From sequence record NC_049435.1: DNA of 32,000 bases; one strand, written 5' to 3'. The notes beneath the pieces are model-generated. The model had not been told where the DNA came from. It saw only the letters and a program-made list of their open reading frames with translations, and searched no databases. This document shows, piece by piece, positions 23,093 through 31,845 of this stretch. A program made the translations under genes and the position numbers. Every line of letters begins with the position of its first letter. Within the stretch, counting starts at the first letter, position 1. Source of the DNA: Ruegeria phage vB_RpoP-V12.

Positions 23093-25723
23093 ATGCACTA
23101 TGAAATCATTGGCAAAGGCCGTCCTGCAAGGATAGCCATTCTTGTTCCCCGGATCCAAAAGACTGAGGTGATCAAACACTACATGCCAGTGCTTTCCCAG
23201 TTGAACGAAGAGGTCATGATCTGTGATATCTATTTGAATCGTAAGAAGAAAAAGACATCACACACTGAGATCAAAGAGTATCTGGATGACCTCCTTCCAA
23301 ACATCATCAACGCTGGCATTGAGTTTCTGGTTGTCGCTCAACCAGATTACTTCAAGGTACTGACAAAACAGGGGAAGACCGATGCGAACATTGGTGACAT
23401 TTTTGACACAGTGGGTGGTCTCAAGACTACATACATCCCCCACTACTCCCGTGTTTTCTACGATCCGGAAAAAACCAAAGCCAAGATTGACCAAGGACTT
23501 CAGTCCGTCCTCTCCTATCTTGGATCCGGAACCTACAGAAAACTTGGCTCGAATATCATCCATTCAGCCACGTATCCATCTTCGCTGAAGGAAAAGCTCG
23601 ATTGGCTAGACAAGCTGATCGAGATGGATGTTGATCTGTCCTGCGATATCGAAGGCTTCTCACTGAAGCACTATGATGCAGGTATAGGAACCATCACCTT
23701 CTGCTGGGATCAGCACAACGGCATTGCCTTTGAGGTGGATAACACCAAAACAAAGGCAGAGGATCACGTCCTTCGCCAAGCTCTGAAGACCTTCTTCTAT
23801 AGGTATCGAGCCACTGGCCGACGTATGATCTACCATAACATCTGTTATGATGCCTATGTGCTGATCTACCAATTATTCATGGACCATATCCTTGACCAAG
23901 AAGGTCTTCTTGAGGGTCTGGACGTGATGCTTGAGAACTGGGAATGCACCCAGTTGATCACCTACCTTGCAACCAACAGTTGTGCTGGCAATGAGCTTGG
24001 TCTCAAAGCACAAGCACAGGAATTCGCTGGGAATTATGCTGTCGAGGATATCCAAGACATCACCCAAATCGAACTTCCAAAGCTGTTGGAATACAACCTT
24101 GTGGACGGTCTCTCGACTTGGTTCGTGTACAACAAACACTACCAAACAATGATCAACGATCAGCAGTTCGAGATCTATACAGGACTCTTCAAAGATGCTG
24201 TGAAAGACATTATTCAGATGCAGTTGACTGGTCTTCCGGTCAACATGGATAAGGTCATCAAGCTGAACGATCAGCTTGGTGCTGAGTCTGAGCATAACGT
24301 CTGGAAGATGTTGCAGACCAAAATCGTTCAAGGTTTTGTCTATCAGCTTGAAGAGGATGCTCTGAAGAAGAAGAACGAAAAGCTCAAGACCAAAGTCGTC
24401 ACTCGTGTAGACCTTGGTTCAACTCAGGATCTGATGGTTGCTTTCAACCCCGGATCCGCTCCACAGCTTCAACGTCTTCTGTATTCAGATGAGTTCCTAG
24501 GACTTCCTGTCCTTGATCTCACAGACTCTGGGCTACCAAGCACAGGTGCTGACACTCTGGAGAAACTTCTGAACCAGAACATTTCTGAGGAAACCAAGGA
24601 ATTCTTGAACATCCTTCTGGAGTACAAGGCTTCTGCGATCATCCTCAGTACCTTCTTGCCAGCTTTCCTGAAGGCATGTCCCGGTCCTGATGGGTGGCAC
24701 TACCTCTTTGGTAACTTCAGACTTGGTGGGACTCTGAGTGGTCGGTTGTCATCAAACAATCCGAACCTTCAGAATATCCCGTCATCTGCTGGTGGTCCTT
24801 TGAAGTCTCGACTTGCAAAGCTCATCAAAAAATGCTTTGAAGCTCCTCCCGGATGGCTCTTTGTGGGTCTCGACTTCGACTCATTAGAAGACAGAATCTC
24901 TGCTCTTCAAACCAAAGACCCAGAAAAACTGAAGGTGTATACGGATGGTTACGATGGTCATTCTCTACGGGCCTATGGTTATTTTGGCGATCAAATGCCA
25001 GATATCGACCCTTCTTCTGTGGATTCAATCAACTCGATTGCAAAGAAGTACAAGCCTTTGAGACAGGAAAGCAAAGCTCCTACCTTTGCTCTCACCTATC
25101 AAGGTACGTTCCACACTCTCATGGTCAACTGTGGTTTCTCCAAAGAGAAGGCTCAGGACATCGAGAACAAGTACAAGAAGATGTACAAGGTCTCGATTGA
25201 GTATGTGGAGAAGAAGCTCGAACAGGCTACTCGTGATGGCTACATCACTGTAGCTTTCGGTCTACGTGTTCGTACTCCTCTGCTTGCACAGACTATCCTT
25301 GGAACCAACAAGACACCCAAGGAAGCAGCAGCAGAAGGCAGGACAGCAGGTAACGCTATGGGTCAGTCATACTGTATGCTGAACTCCAGAGCCGCATCTG
25401 AGTTTATGAAGAAGGTCAGAGCGTCTAAGCATAAGCTGGACATCAAACCATGTGCTCACATCCACGATGCCCAATACTACTTGGTGCGTGATGGAGCATA
25501 TGAAGCTCTGATGTATCTGAATGAGCATCTGCCCAAAGCTGTTGCTTGGCAGGATGATCCTGAGATCTGGCACGATCAAGTCAAACTCTCTGGTTCGGTA
25601 GAGATCTTCTATCCGAACTGGAACCATGGGTTCGACATTCCCAATGCAGCCAATGAGAACACGATCAAAGATCGTATCAAAGCTCACTTGGCTGAACTCA
25701 AAGAAAAAGGAATCGCAGCATGA
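23093..25723 (+). CDS. family A DNA polymerase with 3'-5' exonuclease domain and an extra ~180-aa N-terminal region
   Basis: Exo I is LSCDIEGFSL. Motif A is VGLDFDSLEDRISA, motif B is RQESKAPTFALTYQG and motif C is CAHIHDAQYY. Confidence 0.95.
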   Translation: MHYEIIGKGRPARIAILVPRIQKTEVIKHYMPVLSQLNEEVMICDIYLNRKKKKTSHTEIKEYLDDLLPNIINAGIEFLVVAQPDYFKVLTKQGKTDANIGDIFDTVGGLKTTYIPHYSRVFYDPEKTKAKIDQGLQSVLSYLGSGTYRKLGSNIIHSATYPSSLKEKLDWLDKLIEMDVDLSCDIEGFSLKHYDAGIGTITFCWDQHNGIAFEVDNTKTKAEDHVLRQALKTFFYRYRATGRRMIYHNICYDAYVLIYQLFMDHILDQEGLLEGLDVMLENWECTQLITYLATNSCAGNELGLKAQAQEFAGNYAVEDIQDITQIELPKLLEYNLVDGLSTWFVYNKHYQTMINDQQFEIYTGLFKDAVKDIIQMQLTGLPVNMDKVIKLNDQLGAESEHNVWKMLQTKIVQGFVYQLEEDALKKKNEKLKTKVVTRVDLGSTQDLMVAFNPGSAPQLQRLLYSDEFLGLPVLDLTDSGLPSTGADTLEKLLNQNISEETKEFLNILLEYKASAIILSTFLPAFLKACPGPDGWHYLFGNFRLGGTLSGRLSSNNPNLQNIPSSAGGPLKSRLAKLIKKCFEAPPGWLFVGLDFDSLEDRISALQTKDPEKLKVYTDGYDGHSLRAYGYFGDQMPDIDPSSVDSINSIAKKYKPLRQESKAPTFALTYQGTFHTLMVNCGFSKEKAQDIENKYKKMYKVSIEYVEKKLEQATRDGYITVAFGLRVRTPLLAQTILGTNKTPKEAAAEGRTAGNAMGQSYCMLNSRAASEFMKKVRASKHKLDIKPCAHIHDAQYYLVRDGAYEALMYLNEHLPKAVAWQDDPEIWHDQVKLSGSVEIFYPNWNHGFDIPNAANENTIKDRIKAHLAELKEKGIAA

Positions 25724-26088
25724 CGCGACCAATCAACACTCTTGTAGATAAGGCAGCCTATGTCTTGCACATGACCAACAAAGCATGGTGTGAGGCAAAT
25801 GGTGACTTCTCTCAACCACATTGGAATGATATGCCTGACTGGCAGTACCAGTCTATCAAAGACGGTATCGACTTCCATATGAACAACCCAGACGCAGGCG
25901 ATTCTGCATCCCATGACAATTGGATGAAGATGAAGCTGAATGAAGGGTGGGTCTATGGTCCTGTCAAAAACCCAGAGGCATCTCCTCCTACCCATCCTTG
26001 TTTGGTTTCTTTCGAGGAACTTCCTCAAGAGCAACAAATCAAGGACGCACTCTTCCGTGCGGTCTTCCATACAATTCTGAAAGACTGA
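25720..26088 (+). CDS. RyR-domain protein
   Basis: SHDNWMKMKLNEGWVYGPVKNPEASPPTHPCLVSFEELPQEQQIKD matches the RyR repeat pattern (HExW...GW.YG...HP.LVpfeeLpe) as I recall it. ATGA overlap with the polymerase gene. Confidence 0.7.
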   Translation: MTRPINTLVDKAAYVLHMTNKAWCEANGDFSQPHWNDMPDWQYQSIKDGIDFHMNNPDAGDSASHDNWMKMKLNEGWVYGPVKNPEASPPTHPCLVSFEELPQEQQIKDALFRAVFHTILKD

Positions 26089-26092
26089 ACCA

Positions 26093-27088
26093 ATGAAAAA
26101 ACTGACCAACCAACATCAGATCGACCTGCCTATTGCAGTGTGGCTTCTTCAGAACGGCTATTACAGCGGGGCTGATGTCGCTCCTGAAGGTGAGTTGATC
26201 AGCGTCACTACCCTGATGAAGCCTACTCGTAGGCTGATTCTGGAACGTCAGGTAGACCAGACCCAAGAGGTCATGGATGTATCTGACTTGATTGCCTCTC
26301 GTGTGGGTCATGGTCTTCATGACTCTATCGAGCGGGCATGGACAGAAGGCGACTGGAGAGGGGCGATGCGGCGTCTCCATTATCCCCAGTCAGTGATTGA
26401 TCGAGTAAAGATCAATCCAGATCCTTCTGAGGTCAGTGGGAACGATATTCCCATCTTCTTGGAGCAGCGTCGATTCAAGGAGATAGGGGGTGTCGTTCTC
26501 ACTGGCCAGTTGGATTTCGCCATCAACGGTGCATACCGTGACGTGAAGACCACTTCGACTTTCAGCTACACCAGTGGCAAGAAAGACAAGGACTACATCC
26601 TTCAGGGTTCGATGTACCGTTACATCATGCCAGAGTTTATCTGGCAGGATACCATGAGGATTGAGTTCATCTTCACTGACTGGCTGAAGTATCGGGCCGA
26701 GAGTGATCCGAACTATCCCCAAGCCAAGGTAGCTCACAAAGAGTATCCCCTCATGAGTGAGGCTGATACTGAGCGTTGGATCCTTGACAAGCTGGCTGAT
26801 ATCAAGAAGAACGCTCGTCTCACTCACAACCAAGACAAGCTAGTTCGTTGCACTGACGACGAACTCTGGAAGCAGCCTGACAGCTACAAGTATTACGCCA
26901 ACCCGGAAACAGCTAATGCTGGGGGGCGTGCTCAGAAGAGCTTTGAAAGTCTCGCTGACGCAGAACTGCACAAAAAAGAGAAAGGTAAAGGGGTCATCGT
27001 CTCCGTACCCGGAGAAGTGAAAGCCTGTACCTATTGTCCAGCCTTCTCGGTCTGTGAACAACGTAAGGAGTATTTCCCGGATGTCTAA
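26093..27088 (+). CDS. PD-(D/E)XK nuclease with Cas4/AddB-type cysteine cluster
   Basis: GQLDFAINGAYRDVKT supplies the D ... D-x-K core. One Cys (VRCTDDE) plus C-terminal CTYCPAFSVC (Cx2Cx5C) gives the four-Cys Fe-S arrangement known from Cas4/AddB nucleases. Confidence 0.75.
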   Translation: MKKLTNQHQIDLPIAVWLLQNGYYSGADVAPEGELISVTTLMKPTRRLILERQVDQTQEVMDVSDLIASRVGHGLHDSIERAWTEGDWRGAMRRLHYPQSVIDRVKINPDPSEVSGNDIPIFLEQRRFKEIGGVVLTGQLDFAINGAYRDVKTTSTFSYTSGKKDKDYILQGSMYRYIMPEFIWQDTMRIEFIFTDWLKYRAESDPNYPQAKVAHKEYPLMSEADTERWILDKLADIKKNARLTHNQDKLVRCTDDELWKQPDSYKYYANPETANAGGRAQKSFESLADAELHKKEKGKGVIVSVPGEVKACTYCPAFSVCEQRKEYFPDV

Positions 27089-29276
27089 TTTCTATGATCT
27101 CTCTGTCATAGAGAACACGCCTCACAATCCTGCAATGCAAGAATTGGTTGATCTCCTGTGCCATCGCACAGGGAACGTCAATCGTGACTTCTTTCAGGCT
27201 GAGGTGGCGTATTTTCTTGGCCTGATCCCGTCTACCATGAGGTGCAAGATCCGTTCACCTGAACGTGGTCTCTTGCCTGTCAACATCTACTCCATTGCTC
27301 TGGCTACGTCAGGCTTTGGTAAGGGTCACTCTGTGAACCTGCTGGAAGATGTGCTCATGGGTTTCCGTGAAGCCTTCATGAAGGGAACCTTCAATCAACT
27401 GGCTGAAACCAACCTCTTCAACATGGCAGTGGATATCGCTGCTGCCAAAGGTGGGGATGAGCAAAAAGAGCTTGAGATCCTTGAAAGTGATTTCAAGAAA
27501 CAAGGTCATGCGCCATTCATCTTCGACTCTGGTACTGGTCCTGCTGTGAAACAGCTTCGGTACAAACTGCTCTTGGCAGGTGCAGGCTCCATCAATTTCC
27601 AAATGGATGAGATGGGTTCTAACCTGTTGGGCAACAACGAAGTTCTCAACACACTGCTGGAGCTTTACGACCTTGGTAAGATCAAAGCCAAGCTCGTGAA
27701 GAACACTCCAGACAATGAACGTGGTCTGGATATTTCTGGTTCAACACCAGCGAATGTCCTCATGTTTGGAACCAACTCCAAACTGTTCGATGGTGCCAAA
27801 ATCGAAGAAGAGTTCTACTCGTTCCTTGCAACGGGTTATGCTCGACGCTGCTTCTTTGGTATGGGTCGAAGTGAGACGAAGTTTGCTCAGATCAACCCTG
27901 AAGATGTCTACCGTGGTCTAGTGTCTAAGAACCAATCTCAGACACTGACTCGGTGGCAAACCTTCCTCGCCAAGTTTGCAGATCCTCGGTATCACAACAT
28001 CGAACTCGATGTACCAGAGGATGTGGGTATCGAATTGATCAGCTATCGACTTCAGTCGGAAGCCATGGCCAATGAGATGCCTGAGCATGAGGAAATCCGA
28101 AAGGCTGAACTGTCGCATCGTTACTTCAAATCCCTGAAGCTCGCTGGAGTGTATGCTTTCTTGGACGAAAGTCCTGAAATCCAGATCCAGCATCTCAGAC
28201 AAGCCATCAAGGTTGCTGAGGAATCAGGTGCATCTTTCCAAAAACTTCTGAAGCGTGAACGTAACTTCGTTCGATTGGCGAAATACATTGCGACCAGTCA
28301 GAACAACCTCACCCATGCAGACTTGGTTGAGGATCTCCCCTACTACCCTACCTCGACCGTCGCTCGTAAAGAGATGATGGACTTGGCTATGGCATGGGGT
28401 GTCAGCAATCATGTCGTGATCACCAAGAACGTGGTTCAACAGGTTGAGTTCTTCTCCGGCTCTATGCTGGAAGAGACTGACCTGAACAACCTCATCTTCT
28501 CTTTGAGTGATCACTTTGCTTATGACTATGAACCACAGAAGAGATCTTTGGAAAGTCTGGAGAAGCTCTTCAAGGCTCCCAATTACCATTGGGCAAATCA
28601 CACCTTCGAAGAAGAACATCGTAGTGAAGACAAGGTAATCCCCGGCTTCAATATGATTGTCATCGACGTTGATGGTCATGAGCGAGACAAAGAAGGGAAC
28701 GTCACTCGGAAAGGTCCAACGCTTGATCAGGTTCACTCCCTGCTTCAAGACTATACCTTTGCCACGTACACGACCAAAAGCCATACAGACGAAGAACATC
28801 GCTTCCGTCTGGTCATTCCGACCAACTATGTCCTTCATCTTGAGAAGGACGACTACAAGGAATTCATGGCTTCATTCGCAATGTGGCTTCCATTCCACTC
28901 AGACACTGCTGCAAACCAGCGTAGTCGAAAGTGGAGGACCAATCCACTTGCACAAGTCCACATTAACCGTGGTCCGCAAGTGCTTGATGTTCTTCCATTT
29001 ATCCCGAAAACCAAATCGAACAGCGAGTATGTTCAACAGATCGTTGATCTGGGTAATCTGGATAATCTTGAGCGTTGGTTCTTGAACCACATGGACGTAG
29101 GGGGTAGGAACAACAACCTGCATAACTACGCCAAGATGCTGATGGATGCAGGTGCTGACTACGACCAAATCGAAAAGAAAGTCCTGAAGCTCAATCAGGA
29201 TTCTGGAACTCCCCTGAAGAAAGATGAAGTCTACTCGACCATTCTGAAATCAGTGGCTTCCAAGATGTCGAAGTAA
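27081..29276 (+). CDS. DNA primase: N-terminal DUF3987-like P-loop region fused to C-terminal archaeo-eukaryotic primase (AEP/PrimPol) domain
   Basis: The AEP motifs are MIVIDVDG (DxD), TYTTKSH (sxH) and HRFRLVIP. The N-terminal part has NIYSIALATSGFGKGHS. ATG 27081 has AAGGAG at 27064-27069, and the GTG at 27054 is less likely. Confidence 0.75.
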   Translation: MSNFYDLSVIENTPHNPAMQELVDLLCHRTGNVNRDFFQAEVAYFLGLIPSTMRCKIRSPERGLLPVNIYSIALATSGFGKGHSVNLLEDVLMGFREAFMKGTFNQLAETNLFNMAVDIAAAKGGDEQKELEILESDFKKQGHAPFIFDSGTGPAVKQLRYKLLLAGAGSINFQMDEMGSNLLGNNEVLNTLLELYDLGKIKAKLVKNTPDNERGLDISGSTPANVLMFGTNSKLFDGAKIEEEFYSFLATGYARRCFFGMGRSETKFAQINPEDVYRGLVSKNQSQTLTRWQTFLAKFADPRYHNIELDVPEDVGIELISYRLQSEAMANEMPEHEEIRKAELSHRYFKSLKLAGVYAFLDESPEIQIQHLRQAIKVAEESGASFQKLLKRERNFVRLAKYIATSQNNLTHADLVEDLPYYPTSTVARKEMMDLAMAWGVSNHVVITKNVVQQVEFFSGSMLEETDLNNLIFSLSDHFAYDYEPQKRSLESLEKLFKAPNYHWANHTFEEEHRSEDKVIPGFNMIVIDVDGHERDKEGNVTRKGPTLDQVHSLLQDYTFATYTTKSHTDEEHRFRLVIPTNYVLHLEKDDYKEFMASFAMWLPFHSDTAANQRSRKWRTNPLAQVHINRGPQVLDVLPFIPKTKSNSEYVQQIVDLGNLDNLERWFLNHMDVGGRNNNLHNYAKMLMDAGADYDQIEKKVLKLNQDSGTPLKKDEVYSTILKSVASKMSK

Positions 29277-29285
29277 GGAGACACC

Positions 29286-30020
29286 ATGTCCGACAACAAC
29301 CCACACAGTATTCTGATCTGTGGCGAATCTGGTGCAGGGAAATCAATGTCCCTGTACGAGATACGTGATCGGTCAGACGTACTGTACCTCAACTGCGAAG
29401 GCGGTAAGCCTTTGCCTTTCAAGAACAAATTCAAGAATCGAGTAGTCACTGACCCTCTCGATATCTTGGATTGGCTTGAACAACTGGAAGAGTTGGGGGA
29501 TCAAAACCCCTTCAATTTCGTGGTGATCGACACCATCAGTTTCATGATGGATATGTTCGAGACCATCCACGTCATCAACTCTTCCAACTCCCAGAAGATG
29601 TGGGGTGAGTATGCTCAGTTCTTCAAACGACTGATCAACCAATCCTCGAAGGTCAATGCCTTCTTCATCTTCATTGGTCACTTGGACCGTGTACTTGACG
29701 AAGAGGAAGGTATCTTCCGAACCGCAGTACCTGTGAAGGGTGCTTTGGCCAAGAAAGGTCTGGAAGCCTATTTCACGACTGTCGTGAACGTAAGCAAACA
29801 GCCTATCAAAGAACTGATCAAAAGCCCCAACAGTCTGCTGACCATCTCTGAAGAGGATGAGGAGATTGGCTTCAAGCACGTCTTTCAGACTAGAACCACA
29901 AAGAAAACTCTGGGTGATCGAATTCGTTCACCTATGGGAATGTGGGATCGGAGCGAATTGTACATCAACAATGACCTCGCTCCTGTCATCAAGCGCCTGC
30001 TCAAATACTACGAAGACTGA
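29286..30020 (+). CDS. RecA-fold ATPase (AAA_24 / Sak4-like)
   Basis: Walker A is ILICGESGAGKS and Walker B is FVVIDTISF. Size (~240 aa) and position directly upstream of an SSB-like gene are typical of Sak4-type proteins. Confidence 0.8.
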   Translation: MSDNNPHSILICGESGAGKSMSLYEIRDRSDVLYLNCEGGKPLPFKNKFKNRVVTDPLDILDWLEQLEELGDQNPFNFVVIDTISFMMDMFETIHVINSSNSQKMWGEYAQFFKRLINQSSKVNAFFIFIGHLDRVLDEEEGIFRTAVPVKGALAKKGLEAYFTTVVNVSKQPIKELIKSPNSLLTISEEDEEIGFKHVFQTRTTKKTLGDRIRSPMGMWDRSELYINNDLAPVIKRLLKYYED

Positions 30021-30030
30021 CTCTGCTTCG

Positions 30031-30048
30031 TTGGTTTGACCAAACCAA
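30031..30048 (+). promoter_or_regulatory. 8-bp inverted repeat TTGGTTTG-AC-CAAACCAA upstream of the SSB-like gene
   Basis: Read directly. The arms are perfectly complementary and no T-run follows. It lies 29 nt upstream of ATG 30077. Confidence 0.35.
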
Positions 30049-30076
30049 GTCCTCATGAAACAAGAAGGAATCCCTC

Positions 30077-30910
30077 ATGAGTAACATTTTCGCCAAGAAA
30101 AAACCCGCTGCCAAAGCTGAAGTCGAAGACGATTACGTTGGTGGTGGTGGCGTACTGGACACGGATATCTATCCGGCTGAAATCAAGTATGCCTACGTCG
30201 GGAAAGCTGCAAACAGCGAAGCCCGCAACCTGACTCTGTGTCTCAAGATGAATGGCATGGATATTACCCGTCAGATCTGGATGACCAACCGTGATGGTGA
30301 TGTCACCTATCAAGACAAGAAAACCAAGGAAGTGAAGAACCTTCCGGGTTTCAACCAAGTCAACGGTCTCTGCATGTTGCTGGCTTCGAAAGAAGTCGGG
30401 AATATGGATGTCGAAGAAAAGACCCTCAGCCTCTACGACTATGAGTCGAAGAAGGAAGTTCCGCAGGCAGTGGACTGCTTCGTGGAACTGCATGGCCTGA
30501 AACTTCAGGTGGCTGTCCAGCGTCAGACCGTGGACAAGACCGAGAAGAATGAATCCACTGGTGAGTATGAACCCACTGGTGATACTCGTGACACCAACGA
30601 GTTCATCAAGTTCTTCCCTGAAGACCGTCTGGTTACAATCAGCGAAGTTGCACACTTCATCAAGAGCCTTGGTGGTGACTTCGAAGACGTGCTGAACGAC
30701 GGTGATCTGGGCAAAGCCATCTCCAAGATGCAAGAAGACGGTGACTATGCCACGAAGTGGCTGGAAAAGAACCGTGGTCAAACTTGGGATCGTTCGACTG
30801 GCAAGAAGGAAGGCAAAGCCTTTGCTGGTGGCAAGTCGAGTGGTGCCAAAGCGTCGGGTGGTGGATCTACCGACAAAGCAAAAACGAAGTCGAGCCTGTT
30901 TGACGATTGA
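30077..30910 (+). CDS. putative single-stranded DNA-binding protein (DUF669 / N4 gp45-like position)
   Basis: It has a Gly/Ala/Lys/Ser-rich flexible C-terminal region ending in an acidic-hydrophobic tip, KSSLFDD. It sits after the AAA_24 ATPase, as in Sak4-SSB pairs and in the N4 gp44-gp45 order. No direct OB-fold motif is visible by eye. Confidence 0.55.
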   Translation: MSNIFAKKKPAAKAEVEDDYVGGGGVLDTDIYPAEIKYAYVGKAANSEARNLTLCLKMNGMDITRQIWMTNRDGDVTYQDKKTKEVKNLPGFNQVNGLCMLLASKEVGNMDVEEKTLSLYDYESKKEVPQAVDCFVELHGLKLQVAVQRQTVDKTEKNESTGEYEPTGDTRDTNEFIKFFPEDRLVTISEVAHFIKSLGGDFEDVLNDGDLGKAISKMQEDGDYATKWLEKNRGQTWDRSTGKKEGKAFAGGKSSGAKASGGGSTDKAKTKSSLFDD

Positions 30911-31845
30911 GGCAAGAAGACTTCATAGAGCTTTTCGGTGAGGTGGTGGACTCGTACTCAGTGCGAGTCCCCACTTACGTTCATGTGAGTAAGAAAAACA
31001 ATCAAGCTCTGAACCTGAACATCTACCGGAATCTCCATCACCATCATCTTGATACACAAAAGAAAAACTTCGCAGATGAGGTGAAGCCATTACTGAGGGA
31101 CAAGCCACGAGCAGAGAGGATCTGGATCCACTATACGATCTTCGCCTCAAGTAATCGGAGACTCGACACAATGAATGTCGGGTCCGTCACTGACAAGTAT
31201 TTCAGTGATACGATGGTGGAAGCCGGAAAAATTCCTGATGATAACTATAACCATATTGTCCTCTCGACTTTTTCCTTTGGTGGGGTGGTCTCAATTGGAG
31301 GCCATGCCATAGCAACCGTTCACATACTGAAACCAAAACAAGAGAAGGAGCCTGAGAACATGCGTATCTTGCTCGATCAAGATGACATTCAGAACGCACT
31401 CAACGCCTACGTGAAGACTCTTCAGTTTCCCAATGCGGATAAAGCTGAAGTCGAACTCTCCATCGAAGACGATGAGATCGTTGCTGAAGTCATCATAGGG
31501 GAAGCCCCTGTGAAAAACCGTGGTGGTCGTCCTCGGAAACTTACCCGAACCACGACCTCTGCAAAGAAGACTGAGGTGACTGAGGATGCTGCTGAAACTG
31601 ATTCTGAAGGAGGTTGCGATAGCACTGCTTCAGGAGGCAGTGACGCAGCAGAGACAGACGCTGAAGAAGGAGAGGCAGAAGCTCCTGTACAGCCCGCCAA
31701 AAAGGAAGCCCCCTCGGGAAACCTTTTTGGGGACGAGGGAGACCAATCCTCGGACTCCACAGCGGAAGCTGAAGATAGTCCCCCCAAAGGGAAAACGACT
31801 ATTGTGAAGCCTGCCAAGAAGTCGAGCATCTTCGATGTTGACTAA
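30907..31845 (+). CDS. RusA-like Holliday-junction resolvase domain fused to a disordered acidic tail with an AT-hook
   Basis: LNLNIYRNLHHHH ... NRRLDTMNVGSVTDKYFSDTMVEAGKIPDDN aligns by eye with E. coli RusA SNNRYYRHN ... [27 protein letters not shown]. The AT-hook is RGGRPRK. The start is uncertain: the TTG at 30907 overlaps the previous stop, and a GTG at 30946 is an alternative. Confidence 0.55.
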   Translation: MRQEDFIELFGEVVDSYSVRVPTYVHVSKKNNQALNLNIYRNLHHHHLDTQKKNFADEVKPLLRDKPRAERIWIHYTIFASSNRRLDTMNVGSVTDKYFSDTMVEAGKIPDDNYNHIVLSTFSFGGVVSIGGHAIATVHILKPKQEKEPENMRILLDQDDIQNALNAYVKTLQFPNADKAEVELSIEDDEIVAEVIIGEAPVKNRGGRPRKLTRTTTSAKKTEVTEDAAETDSEGGCDSTASGGSDAAETDAEEGEAEAPVQPAKKEAPSGNLFGDEGDQSSDSTAEAEDSPPKGKTTIVKPAKKSSIFDVD

